A stretch of 63,904 nt of DNA, filler included, from Octopus bimaculoides (lineage: Eukaryota), in the NCBI RefSeq assembly GCF_001194135.2. It is 3 parts of 2 records of this genome, joined end to end, with 100 filler letters (N's around TTAATTAATTAA, not from the genome) between each part and the next. Parts side by side here need not be neighbours in the genome. Positions count along the whole stretch, not along the records: positions 1 to 27,789 come from NC_068983.1; positions 27,890 to 37,010 come from NC_068982.1; positions 37,111 to 63,904 come from NC_068983.1. One strand, written 5' to 3'. Position numbers and translations under genes: made by a program. Position 1 is the first letter of the stretch. The number at the start of each line of letters is the position of its first letter. The notes beneath the pieces are model-generated. The model was not told where the DNA came from. It saw only the letters and a list, made by a program, of their open reading frames with translations, and ran no database searches. Of the stretch, positions 24,905-37,826 are shown piece by piece.

Positions 24905-25400
24905 TTCATCATCATCATCGTTTAACGTCCGATTTACATGCTGGCATGGGTTGGATGGTTTGACTGAGGTCTAGAGAGCCAGTGGCTGCACCAGGTTCCA
25001 ATCTCATCTGGCAATGCTTCTACAGCTGGATGAACTTCCTAACGCCAGCCACTCCGAGAATGTAGTGGGTGCTTTTTAAGTGCCACCGGCACAGGAGCTA
25101 GTCAGGTGGGCCTGGCATCGATCACGTTTGGATAGTGCTTTTTATGTGCCACCAGCATGGAGGCCAGTCAGTGGGTACTGGCATTGGCCATGTTCAGATG
25201 GTGCTTTTTACGTGCCACCAGCATGGAAGCTAGTCAGACAGACCTGGCATCGACCACATTTGGATGGTTCTTTTTACATGCCACCAGCACGAGAGCCAGT
25301 CAAGGGGCACTGGCCATAGCTACAATATTGGTTTTACTTGACTCAACAGGTTTTCTCAAGCATATCATATTGCACAATGCATCAGGGGTACTCTTAACGG
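24905..25400 (-). mobile_element. Family C retroelement 3' end with four 66-bp tandem units
   Basis: Units start at 25069, 25135, 25201 and 25267 on the + strand. Confidence 0.8.
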
Positions 25401-27744
25401 GGTCAGACATGAAGAATGTAGAAGAAAACAGCAAATTCATTTCATGTTTATGAAATATTATTCATGAAAAGAAAAAAATAAATCCTTTAAAAGTCACACC
25501 AGAGAGTGATTTGAGAGAAATTTGTCTGCTATTTCTTGCACAAATCAGATGAAGTATCTTTGATCATAGGTCTGATCTAATTGAACTGGTCTATGATGAA
25601 AGGTATTTCAAGCATCTAGGGCCATATCTGAAATTAAGCAACAACAACAGCAACAATAGCAAGAGTATTAGCACCAGCAAAAATAATAACAATAACATTA
25701 AATTATTTTAAAATCAACTGCGTGCCACTTTTGGTAAAAAAAATTAATCTAGATTAATGAACTCAATCGTTAGACCTATTTATTTCTCATTAGACCCCCA
25801 TTCATACACACACATACACACACAAGCTTATATTATAATATTGCACTCCTTAATTTTAAGCTTCATAATCTGGTTGCATTTTTTGTATTATGTTTTGTTG
25901 CTTGAGAGAGAGAATTTGATGTAATTAAATTATTTTTTCACAATTTCTTTGCACTGAAAAGTTCTAATTTGCATTAAAAAAGACTATTAAAAAAATTAAT
26001 ACAAACATATGATTGTGTGCAAACATGCACACACATATACATACTGCTACACACACACACACACACACATGCAAGTTTACTTGATTATCTAAATTCAGCC
26101 TTTGACCTATTTGAGGATAGATAGTTTGATTTCAATAGTGCTTGTGGTAAAACTCGCATGGGTTTATGTTTTATTTTTTGGTTGCAGTATGCACTACTGA
26201 AAGCTATGTTATCTAAGCAAGAATAGCTCACCTTAACATTATGTACATTAAAAAACTTGCAGTATTTATGTGCGCATGGGAAGTGTGGTCTAATGAGGGA
26301 TAAAAAGTTGTGGTTATTTCTTGAAGAACAAGTTTAAAAAGAGGATTGAATCAACTTATTTTTCTCTTCCTAATTCTGTTGTAGGGTATCCTCTGCATAT
26401 AGTAACTTCTCACTAAAGCCCCTGCTTTCTTACAGGTCACTGTAGTAGGATGCAATTCTGTCAAGGTATTTCTACCTGAGGATTGATGGAAAATAATTGC
26501 TATAATTTGGCAGACAACAGACATTTGAAGTGATAAAATAGCCTTAATTAAGATCACATCAGTAAAATCCTTTTGCTGATATAGAAACTGATAACCAGTC
26601 AATAGCTTATTATAGCACTGGAAAACAAAAATGAATTTTTACTGCTTCTTTTTTCTATTTAATTTTTCTTCCCAAACTAATTAATTCTTACCAATGTTTT
26701 GTTTTGTTTGTAATACATAAATGTGTCAATTTCTTCCATCAACACTCTCGGAGTGGTTGGCATTGTGAAGGGCATCCAGCCATAGAAAACTATGCCAAAT
26801 CAGACTGGAGTCTGGTGCAGCCTTCCAGCTTACCAGCCCCGGTCAAACTGTCCAATCAACTGGACAGTGGACGCACACACATATATACATATATATGCTA
26901 AACAGCAAATTCATTTCATGTTTATGAAATATTATTCATGAAAAGAAAAAAATAAATCCTTTAAAAGTCACACCAGAGAGTGATTTGAGAGAAATTTGTC
27001 TGCTATTTCTTGCACAAATATGTGTGTGCTATTTCTTGCACACACATATATACATATATATGCTAAAATTTATTTAAATATGTATGAGGATATTATTGTA
27101 GATAATAATATCAGTGACTTAGCATACATTTATGTATATTCATATTCTCACATACACCTATGCACACACATATGCCTACTACAGGCTTCATATCTGTTTC
27201 AGTGGATAAACAAATAAGGAATATTTTTCTTCATTCATATTTATCTACCAAGATGGGGTTTGGTTAAAGAAAGAAAAGGAGAAGACAACTCATAACAATA
27301 ACTGTGAATGCTTTCAGGACTGTTTCATACCATGATTATCTTTTCCTCATTACCACTGCCACCACCATCCACTTCTTCTCCCTACGCCTTCTCATCTCTC
27401 TTCTCTCTACAGTTGTTCTTTGCCTATAAATACTGCGTATTCTCTCTCTCTCCTTCTCTTTCTCTCTTCTTTTATGTTTCGTTTCTCTGATGATAAAGCT
27501 TAATAGTTGATTGATAACTACAAAATCTAAAGTAATTACTATTTGTTGTGATACTTCATGCTTGGTGAAGATATGAAAGACTAAAATGGAAAAAAAAAAA
27601 CGTTAAGTAAAATGTAATAAGTATAATAAAGTTGGAACATTTTATAAATAATATTGTGTGAATGTGTGTGTTTGTGTCTCTGTGTGTGTGTCATACAGAC
27701 ACACATACACATATATGTATGTATATATGTATGTATGTGTATAT

Positions 27745-27789
<45 letters not shown>

Positions 27790-27889
27790 NNNNNNNNNNN
27801 NNNNNNNNNNNNNNNNNNNNNNNNNNNNNNNNNTTAATTAATTAANNNNNNNNNNNNNNNNNNNNNNNNNNNNNNNNNNNNNNNNNNNN
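27790..27889. other. Synthetic assembly spacer: 44 N + TTAATTAATTAA + 44 N
   Basis: Exactly 100 bp; the 12-mer (27834-27845) is palindromic with stop codons in all six frames; identical construct at 37011-37110. Confidence 0.9.
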
Positions 27890-28359
27890 ATATATATATA
27901 TATATATATATACATATAACATAATAGGGCAAAAATTTGATATTAATTAATATCAATTTAATACCAGGAAACCAGCACATTAAAAGAATCAGAAGATTCA
28001 CAAAAATTTTTTCTGAGATCTCAAAAGGATTATAGTATATGTGTATATAAAAGAGACCACTAAGTGGACTGGTAATGTGCTAGAAGAAGATCACTTAAAA
28101 ATTCTCAAAGAAAATTCAGCGAAGCAAAAACAGGCGGGCGAGACTAGTGAAAATCAAAATTACTAGGTTATCTGTAGACCATGGTTTCAAAATCAACATT
28201 TTCTTACCGAAAATATCTGTTTCTCCTCAGTACAGACTGCCATAAAGGTTATAATCCAACAGAACCACGTGATAGCTGTCTCCCATGAGTGAAAACATGT
28301 ACACGGGGTTCTATTGATTATAAAGAGTAATATTCAAAAGTCTTAGTTTTAGCGCGCTG

Positions 28360-28795
28360 AATTTCCCGTAATGCAGCACTTTGTAATTTTGATTGAAATT
28401 GAAAGTGTGAAACCTGGTCGTTGTAGAGAAGTATATTTGAAATAAATATAGCTGGTTGTTGAGATAACGTAGAAAATATGTAAATGACATGTGTAAATGA
28501 TTTGATTGTTCTGGTCTTAACATCAGTTGGTAAGAATAGAAGTCACTTGACGACACCTTTTGTTTGTAATTGACTATCCTGTTGCAGGTTCAATCTGTGG
28601 AATGTAGAAATGATACACATCTTGTCCATTCCACAGAATAAGAGTATACCGGAGACCATGATAAGAGGGATGAGTCTGTGAAACACGTTTAAAGTTGTTA
28701 TCTCGAACGCGAATTAGAATATCATGATTTTCATGGGGATCACCAGCCATAAGGATGGCTACTTCATAGATGTGGGCTCATTAAAACAGCGTAAA
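28360..28795 (-). mobile_element. Helitron Rep/helicase remnant (N-terminal Rep region)
   Basis: Minus strand: RCFNEPTS/YEVAILMAGDPHENHDILIRVRDNNFKRVSQTHPSYHGLRYTLILWNGQDVYHFYIPQIEPATG*SITNK/KVSSSDFYSYQLMLRPEQSNHLH, matching the Helitron pattern RRYNxPT.dEVA...RDI......L.RI.E.H.SYD.LQYPL.F..G.dGY...KVS...FY.Y.LM.R; two frameshifts and one stop. Confidence 0.9.
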
Positions 28796-30444
28796 ATGTT
28801 CTTTGCTATAGTTTGCTATTGACGTAAGGAACGCAGAAACACAGTCATAGAATTGATGATATTGGAAACAGCAAAATGTACACACACACGAAGTTCAAGC
28901 GAAACAAAATATAGTCAATAGGTGTAAAACATGCTTTCTGTAACATAGCTATGATATAAAAAAAAAGGAAAGTCACCAATTTAGCAAAGGTTACTATGAG
29001 TCACCAATGCAACAAAGTACACAGAGTCAACATTTATTTGGAATATGTAGTAAATGTTATAAAATTCACGATTGAATATCATGGTGAAGAAAGTGAAAGT
29101 CCAAGAAAATTCAGAATGCATAATTCAATTTTTTATGCAAAAATAATTTATTTTACAATTTTGAAACGAACGCTGAACCAAGTGAATAGAAAGGAAGATG
29201 TTGTTGTAATGTTAATTTAAAATATTTGCTGAAGGATGTATGTAGCAAGATATAAATTAATTTGACATTACTACATATTTTCTAACTGTGTAATTTTATA
29301 GGCTGTAGAATAAATAGTGACTAACACAGTAAAAAGGTTGTGCGACGTTGATATTCACAGTGATGAGGAATACAAGGACTGTTAAAAAACATTATCTTGA
29401 AACTGGTTAGAAGGAGTGGAATAACATTTCTGTAATTATATTGAAAGAGCCACTGAGGCTTTCTACTTCGCCAAGTTTCCATATTTGTTATAATAACCAG
29501 AATAACATTTTTTTTCAGATATATTTGCGAGTATTGTGAGTGGTGTTAAAGCAGTCAAATCTTCATGTTAGTAGTACTTCAAAGTGAACGCTGTTGTTCG
29601 CTTAAAGTCCATGCCTCAACTAAACTTTCAATATTGGCGCGTTTCACTGTTGGGCGGGAGAAAGTTACATACATAAACTAAGACACACACACATATATTA
29701 ACGCACACCTGAAGCCTATCTCTTTCCGTGTGTGTGTCGGTCGTCACAAAAATGTATATATACTGACAGACACATACAATGTCACACACATATACTTGTC
29801 AGTCATCGACCTAAATTAGGTAACGAACGCGCGAACACACTCATATACAAAATGTGACGTAATTGTCGTTGTAGTGGTAATATAAAATGTTTACGATAGG
29901 TGACTAAAAGAAAAATGACTATGTTAAATTTTTGTAATGCAAATATGTGAATGAAAATATAGTTTAGTTGGTAGCCAAAAGCCTTCTGAATCTTTTGATA
30001 CCCCGTTCGTCAAAATCGGCAACTCAGTTTTGGAATGCAAAGGAACATACGCGCGCGCGCGCACACACACACACACACACATACAAACTGTGTGGGAAGG
30101 AGGTAGGGGAGGAAGGAGAAAGGTAACCTTTTGATACCACCCAGTCTATGTATGTATGTATGTATGTATGTATGTATGTATGTATGTATCTATCTATACA
30201 CACATATATGCGTACATACATGTATGTATGTATGTGTGTGTGTGTGTGTGTACATACATACCTAGACACATGCATGTACACATATACGTATATAAATACT
30301 ATACATTTTAATAAAACATCTCGAACTTCTGCATAATAATATTACATTTTTTTTCTGCCAGATAAGGAATATTTCTGAATCATTGTCAGAAGGAAATGCA
30401 ATTTTCGCCTCTCTTTTTTTTTATTCCCTTTTTTCACTCCATCT

Positions 30445-30498
<54 letters not shown>

Positions 30499-30519
30499 TT
30501 TGTGTGTGTNNNNNNNNNN

Positions 30520-30575
<56 letters not shown>

Positions 30576-31180
30576 TGCACATGCACAAACACATGCACAT
30601 GCGTATATAGAATCAATGACAGAAATATCGATACATTTATTATCAGGTGAATAATCAAGTGAGGTGAATGAACTAGTGTAAAAGAAAGCCTGATAAATGA
30701 TTAAGTATGACATTTTGGTTGGCTGGCTGGCTGGTTGGTGCAGTGCATGTTTTTGTTTGTGAAATCTATGTACGTGCTCACGAGGTAATGAACTTTAATG
30801 TGTTTGTGTTTCTGAACGCATCTGTTTATAAGTGTGGAAATGTTTGGCTTGTGTGCATGAAAGCAAATGTACATCCTCTGACACGCACATTAGTATGCAC
30901 GCAAAGCAATTTTTTTAAATATATACACGCGCGCGCTCACACACACATGCATGCATATGAACACTCTAGCATATATAACATGCATGCACTGCATGCATAT
31001 ATAGTGCATACATACATACACATATACATATACACACATGCCTGCATGTACATGCAAATACACGTATTTACTGATATGCAATTACGTCATCAGCATATTA
31101 AGTGTGTGTATATGATTGTGTTTGTGTGTGTGCATAATAGTGGAAATATTTTAGGCTTGTATTTTTGTATAAAGACATGA

Positions 31181-31255
<75 letters not shown>

Positions 31256-31404
31256 TGTATGCTTGTATGTATGTATGTATGTATGTATGTATGTATGTAT
31301 TTATACGTGTACATATATATGTATGTATGTGTGTGTGTGTGTATATATATATATACATATATATATATGTATGTATTTTATGTATGTATATATGCATGTA
31401 TGTA

Positions 31405-31755
31405 TGTATTCATTTATTCTTTTATTTGTTTCAGTCATTTGACTGCGGCCATGCGAAAGCACCGCCTTTGATTGAACAAATCGACCCAGGACTTAATCTT
31501 TGTACTTATTCTATTGGTTTCTTCGCCGAACCACTAAGTCAAGGGGACGCAAACACACCAACATCGGTGTATACACACACACACATATATATATATACAT
31601 GACAGGCTTCTTTCAGTTTCCGTCTACCAAATCCGCTCACAAGGCTTTGGTTGGCCCGAGGCTACAGTAGAAGACACTTGCCCAAGGTGCCACGCAGTGG
31701 GACTGAACCCAGAACCGTGTGGTTGGTAAGTAAGCTACTCACCACACTGCCACTC
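31405..31755 (-). mobile_element. Family B SINE (tail-microsatellite-head)
   Basis: Same modules as 11245-11680. Confidence 0.85.
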
Positions 31756-31996
31756 TTGCATCCTAATTGTATGTATGTATGTATGTATTGCAGGTCGTTT
31801 ACGCTAGTGGTACCATGTAACCCATTACTACCTGTTGCATGGTCAGGTCGTCGGCGACTAAACCTGCTCCCCCACCAATTCCACTTAGTGAGGAGGGTGT
31901 GTGTTGGACACCCTGCAAAAGGAGGAAGAACTATTACGAGTCAACAGCAATCCAATTTTTATATGTACATATGTATATAGTTGGCTGAATTGTGGA

Positions 31997-32027
<31 letters not shown>

Positions 32028-32209
32028 TTATTTAAATTTTTGATTCCTGAATATATGTGTGTATATTGCATGTACGTGTTTTTTTCATCTTTGAGGGAAC
32101 GGATATTTTGTATATATATTTGTATTTTTACTTCTTTTATTTTATTTGATTTGTGTGTATTTTAGATGTAGTTAAAGGGGTAGATGGAGCTACTAGATTT
32201 AATAAATTC

Positions 32210-33800
32210 GTGGGGAAGCCAATCTGTCTTGGAGAAGGTTACTCCGAATTCAAATCCTTCACTGCTGTTTTGCAGTTAGCTTTTGGTTGGGCAAAGACTA
32301 AGAGAAGGACACACTGATATAAAACCTCCATAATCACCCAGTCATCTTGCTTTGGTTTGTCACTGGATATCAGATTTTGGGGGAAGAGTGGGTGCTGTAC
32401 ATGTCGTACAAGCGGGTGGCATTGATATTTAAATATACAAATATCTCTTCAAGTCCTACGGCGATGGAATAGTGGCAACATGTGCAGGCTTAACGGGCTG
32501 GGAGCGCATAGTCACGAATCTGCACATGGGTGGATCAGGGCCCATCTAATGTCGCTGCATTGTTGAAAGAACAGTAGCATGCTTCGGCGAGGTCGAGAGC
32601 GTCTGAGTAGCCTTCTCTAGGGTAGCACTCCTCACCCAGAAATCTGGGAAAGGTCTAGAAAAGGTAACCAAACAAATGCCTGTTCTACCATCAAGCTGGT
32701 CAGCAATCTGCAGCTGACGGCTGTCCACTATAGCAGGAGGAATACAAAGAGAAAACATGCAAGCAAGAAATATAGGTTATGGGTAGATGTATGGAATGTC
32801 AGGACACTTCTTGATCATGAAGAGTCAAGTAACCTTTAATGCAAAGCCGAAGACATTCCAGGCCCTTGTTCGAGAGCTCCTTTATGCTGATGATGTAGTT
32901 CACGTTGCTCACATCGAGGAGGACATGCAGGCTGTATTGAATCTCTTCTCTAGAGCTCGTATTGCTTTTGGACTTACCTTCAGTCTAAAGAAAACAAAGA
33001 TCATGTTCTCTCAGCCACCAGGCCAACCCTGTGTGGAACTTAACATCTTTGTCCAGGGTACAAGATTAGATGTGGTTGACTCGTTCATCTACCTTGGCAG
33101 CACTCTCTCTAGAGATGGATCCCTTGATTCTGAAATAAACATGAGAATTGAAAAAGTCAGCAAAGCATTTGGAAGGCTTGAAAATCGTGTGTGTTCTAAT
33201 AGAGGTATCACCTTCAAAACCAAGTTTAGTATCTATGAATGTTGCATTTTAACGGTCCTTCTGTACTCTTATGGAACTCGGACGACATTTCGGCGCCACA
33301 TAAACGCTTTAGAAAGATTCCATCAGACTTGCCTAAGGAGGATACTAGATGCGTTGGGTTGGGCACCTTGCTAGGATGCAAGACGAGAGGTTGCCAAAGG
33401 AGTTGTTTTACTGGGAGTTGCAGCGTGGCAAACGTCCGAGACATAAACCTAAGAAACGTTTTAGGGATGCTGTCAAAAATGACCTTAAGGCTCTTAATGT
33501 GAAAGTTGAAGACTGGGAGCAGATGACTCAAGATCGATCGGTTTGGAAACAAATAATATACAATAGATGTAAAGCGTTTGAAGCTCAAAGAATATATCTT
33601 GGAACGAGCACTTCACAGACAGGACTTAACTACAACCCCAGACATTTTTCTGCTTAAAAATATTTGTAAGATCTGCAATAGAGTTTGTTTGTCAAGTGCA
33701 GGACTTGCTAGTCATATAAGATCTCATGACAGCATTTATTAATTGAAGAGATGGCCTTCTTCTGTAAAGAAGTGGCAATAATCTTGTATGTATGTATGTA
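32210..33800 (+). mobile_element. Internally deleted RTE-clade LINE (5' UTR, APE start, RT C-terminal half, zinc finger, 3' hairpin, (TATG)n tail)
   Basis: WNVRTLLD (32792-32815) is followed within about 70 nt by VRELLYADD; then FGLTFSLKKTKIM, FIYLGSTLS, AFGRLENRV, RWVGHLARMQDERLPKELFYWELQRGKRPRHKPKKRFRD and a C2H2 finger at 33665-33733; frameshifts near 33360 and 33600-33660. Confidence 0.92.
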
Positions 33801-33812
33801 TGTATGTATGTA

Positions 33813-33856
<44 letters not shown>

Positions 33857-33876
33857 NNNNNNNNNNTATGTATGTA

Positions 33877-33942
<66 letters not shown>

Positions 33943-35826
33943 CTGATAGTGGAAAACACTTACCCAAAGTGACATGCAGTGGGACTGAACTGGGAACCAT
34001 GTGGTTGGGAAGCAACCTACTTCCCACACAGTCACACCTGCGCCTATAAGATATATATATATATGCATGTAATATATGCATCTATATATGCATTCATGCA
34101 TGTATATACATATATGTATAAGCATATGCATATATGCGTACAGTTATGTAGGTATGCATGAATACACATATGTATGTCATTGCAATTAAAAAACCTTAAG
34201 GTTTGACAAGTATATGCGTAATATATGTAATATATGTAATATATGCGTAAAGTATGTGTATATGTAAATTATGTGTAAATATACACATGTTTCTATGACT
34301 ATTTGTGTGTCGATCCAGTGTTTCCTTCTGAGGTTTGTCTGATAAAATGCAGAAGCGAACGGACAAATTGCCATGTTTAATACGATTAAGCCGGTTTTAA
34401 GCTTTCAAAATTTGTCCTACACCAGGGAGAACAAAGAAGACTGATAAGGACGTATAACCTTTTATAATTTCATTAATAAAGAACAAAGGAATTAAAAAAA
34501 AAGCCACAATTTAATTTTGGTTCGGTATTTGTAAGAGTGAGAACTATAATGAATATGTAAAGTTTTCAGGTTAAACACCAAGGGTGTTTTACATATGTTC
34601 ATACTTGTATTAAAAGTTTGTAATTGTAATTTCTTAATTAGCCATGCCCTTCCTTTGTGATGAGATAATTAGTTACATTACAAAGTGCCCCAATAACTAT
34701 AGACATAAATTTAAAGTTATATTCCTGGGTTAGAACCTGTAGACATCTCATAATTCCGGCATGCATTTTCTTTATCTTCAAACATTATATGAATATCTAC
34801 TAAACAACTGTATGTATGTATGTATGTATGTATGTATGTATGTATGTATGTATGTATGTATGTATGTATGTATGTTAAGTTTTTCTTAACATTCATGCCG
34901 GTCGCTAACAAAGTGACAAGACTTTTTGAGTTAAGAGAGGTCCCGGTGTTTGTAAATATGTGGTTGAGGTGGTGTGTTGGTTGAACTGTCGACGTATACA
35001 CCCAAATGTGTGCATGTATTCATAGATGGATAATTTTTGGAATATCTTACAGACATCCACTATGCCACTAATTGATTGTATTTGGAGAATCCGTGTCAGT
35101 TTCTTTTGTTCTTCCTCCGTCACACTGAGAATTTCTAGGCTTTTGCGCAAATTTGTTGGTATGTATGTATGCATGCATGCATTAAGTTTCTATACATGTA
35201 TGCATATGTGTGTGCATGTAAGTATGTATGTATATGTGTTTTTTATGTATGTATTTTTGTATGCATGAACGTATGCATGTATGTCTGTATGCGTGGGTAT
35301 AGGAAGTCCTGCGTGTGGGCGTGTATGTAGTGAGTGTGCGCGTGTGGATGTGGTGACTGATGTATATGTAGTGCTGGATGTGTGTGTAGTGAAGTGTGTG
35401 TGTGTGTGTGAATGTGTGCAGTAATTGGTGTGTGGATAACCTGTGACGGGAGTGCGCGTGCGTATGTATGCGGTGATGGCCGTGTGTGTGTGTATGTGCT
35501 GATGTGCATGTTTGTATATGAAGTGGCATGAATATTCAGTAACTTTAGAGCTTTAAAAGATATCGCCATAATTTTGTGACAACGTATCAACCGCCACATC
35601 TACAATCGACTAATTAATATATTGATTAACTTAAGTAGGAAATAGTATTTGTTATTGTTGTAGTTGTTATTACTGTCCTTAATGCTGTTGTCGTTGCTCC
35701 TGTTGTGCAGTCATTGTTATGCGGGTGGTAGGGTTGCAATGTGTGGTGTCAATTATTTTATTGTTGACTTCTGAAACTGATATCCTCATGGGAACTTAAT
35801 TGTTGACTTGCAGCTGCACTCTATAT

Positions 35827-35867
<41 letters not shown>

Positions 35868-36109
35868 NNNNNNNNNNNNNNNNNNNNNNNNNNNNNNNNN
35901 NNNNNNNNNNNNNNNNNNNNNNNNNNNNNNNNNNNNNNNNNNNNNNNNNNNNNNNNNNNNNNNNNNNNNNNNNNNNNNNNNNNNNNNNNNNNNNNNNNNN
36001 NNNNNNNNNNNNNNNNNNNNNNNNNNNNNNNNNNNNNNNNNNNNNNNNNNNNNNNNNNNNNNNNNNNNNNNNNATATATATATGTATATATATATATATA
36101 TAGTGAGAA

Positions 36110-36800
36110 TTTACAAAAAAAAAAAGACAACAAAAAACAAGACAAAAGACGAAGACGGGTGTGTAAACAACAAGCAGATATATTAGTTTAACGCTCGGGA
36201 AGTGAGAAAGTCTTTTACGTTTCGAGCCTACGCTCTTCGACAGAAAGGAACACAAAAATAAACAAGGAGAGAAAATAGAAAAGGTTTAGTGGCTAGCGAT
36301 CTATCATGGTGAATGGTGGACAGAAGGGTCACAGGAGAGCTAGGAAGAAGGGGAGATATTAAAGTAGTCGTGATCCCAAAACGAAGGTGCGCGTGCGTGT
36401 GCATTTGAGAGCGTGTATGTGCGAGTAGAATGGAGCTGGTGACCTTGACGTGTGCGTGTGTGCATGTGTAGGTGTGTGGATGATGGTGTAGGCGCTGGGA
36501 AGTGGTGTGTGTGTGTGTGTAAAGTAACAGTTTTAGAGAAATACCATTGGTTTCATACCTAGCGTGAACTAGACATGTCTTAAGTTTCTCTAAATGATAA
36601 CTGTTCTCTGCAAAGAATGTTCTTTAAAAACACAAGAACACCGGTGGTAGTTGAAGAAATATTACTCTTTAAAAATTATGGCCGGGCGAATTGTCTTCCT
36701 TCGCTTGATAGCTAGGTTTTCCAGTTTTGAAATAAAAATTTCTGAAAATGTGGACAACTCCCCACGGCTTCCGTCCTGGAGTTCAGGTAGCCTGCTGACT
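36110..36800 (-). mobile_element. Probable Penelope-like terminal region
   Basis: Carries a minimal hammerhead-like gaagagc-gtag-gctcgaaacgta motif typical of PLE pLTR ends; no intact ORF. The family assignment is inference. Confidence 0.5.
36213..36247 (-). ncRNA. Variant minimal hammerhead-like motif
   Basis: CUUU-CUGUCGA-A-GAGC-guag-GCUC-GAAA-C-GUA-AAAG: 4-bp stem I, perfect 4-bp stem II, ACGU palindrome, but A6->U and one extra A in the core. Confidence 0.45.
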
Positions 36801-36839
36801 CATGTGAGTTCATAAGTATTATATATTTTTCTGCCATAC

Positions 36840-36870
<31 letters not shown>

Positions 36871-36881
36871 CGTATGTATGC

Positions 36882-36912
<31 letters not shown>

Positions 36913-36932
36913 TGTATGTATGTATGTATGTA

Positions 36933-37010
<78 letters not shown>

Positions 37011-37110
37011 NNNNNNNNNNNNNNNNNNNNNNNNNNNNNNNNNNNNNNNNNNNNTTAATTAATTAANNNNNNNNNNNNNNNNNNNNNNNNNNNNNNNNNN
37101 NNNNNNNNNN
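37011..37110. other. Synthetic assembly spacer: 44 N + TTAATTAATTAA + 44 N
   Basis: 12-mer at 37055-37066; identical to 27790-27889. Confidence 0.9.
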
Positions 37111-37173
<63 letters not shown>

Positions 37174-37793
37174 CATGCGTTATATATGTATGTGTGTGTG
37201 TGTGTATGCGTGTGTGTGTGTGTGTATGTATACATTTACGTACAATACTGACTCACCATATTTATTGACATACGTTTGTAATAAAATATCCTTGGACAAT
37301 TTCATTACCTTCTATGTCTATAGAAATTCATCATCATCAACAAGCCACGTGTGTATATGCATCTGCTTACATGTAGTGTATGTGTGTGTATATGTATATA
37401 TGTGTATGTGTGTGTGTGTGGTTATGTGTGTGTGTGTGGTTATGTGTGTGTGGTTATGTGTGTGTTCCAAGCAACACTTGCTGATATAAAAGCTATAGTT
37501 TATGCTTGTTTCTATGGTGTTGTTCGTGTTGTTGTTATAGATACATAGTTGATTGTTTAAGACATAGGTAGAAATGTGTCCGTTTCCCCCCTCCACCCAC
37601 CCATCCACTGGAAAATGTGTTCTGTATAAGAAAAACATATTCAATACAATGGTAACCTCTAATTTCCATTTCAAATAAGATGGCAGGAAATTAGTAAATA
37701 TACTTCTCGGAATGGAAGCAATAGCAATCTTCAGGAAATCTGTTTTCTGACAACGTAGATGTGCACACGCATAGGAATAAATAAATAAATATA

Positions 37794-37826
<33 letters not shown>

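Noticed and set aside
25069-25330. CRISPR-like repeat-spacer array (66-bp period)
   Set aside because: Units are homologous along their full length and embedded in a dispersed retroelement end.
27920-28310. Possible Penelope-like terminal fragment
   Set aside because: No protein motif or ribozyme core visible; family cannot be supported from this window.
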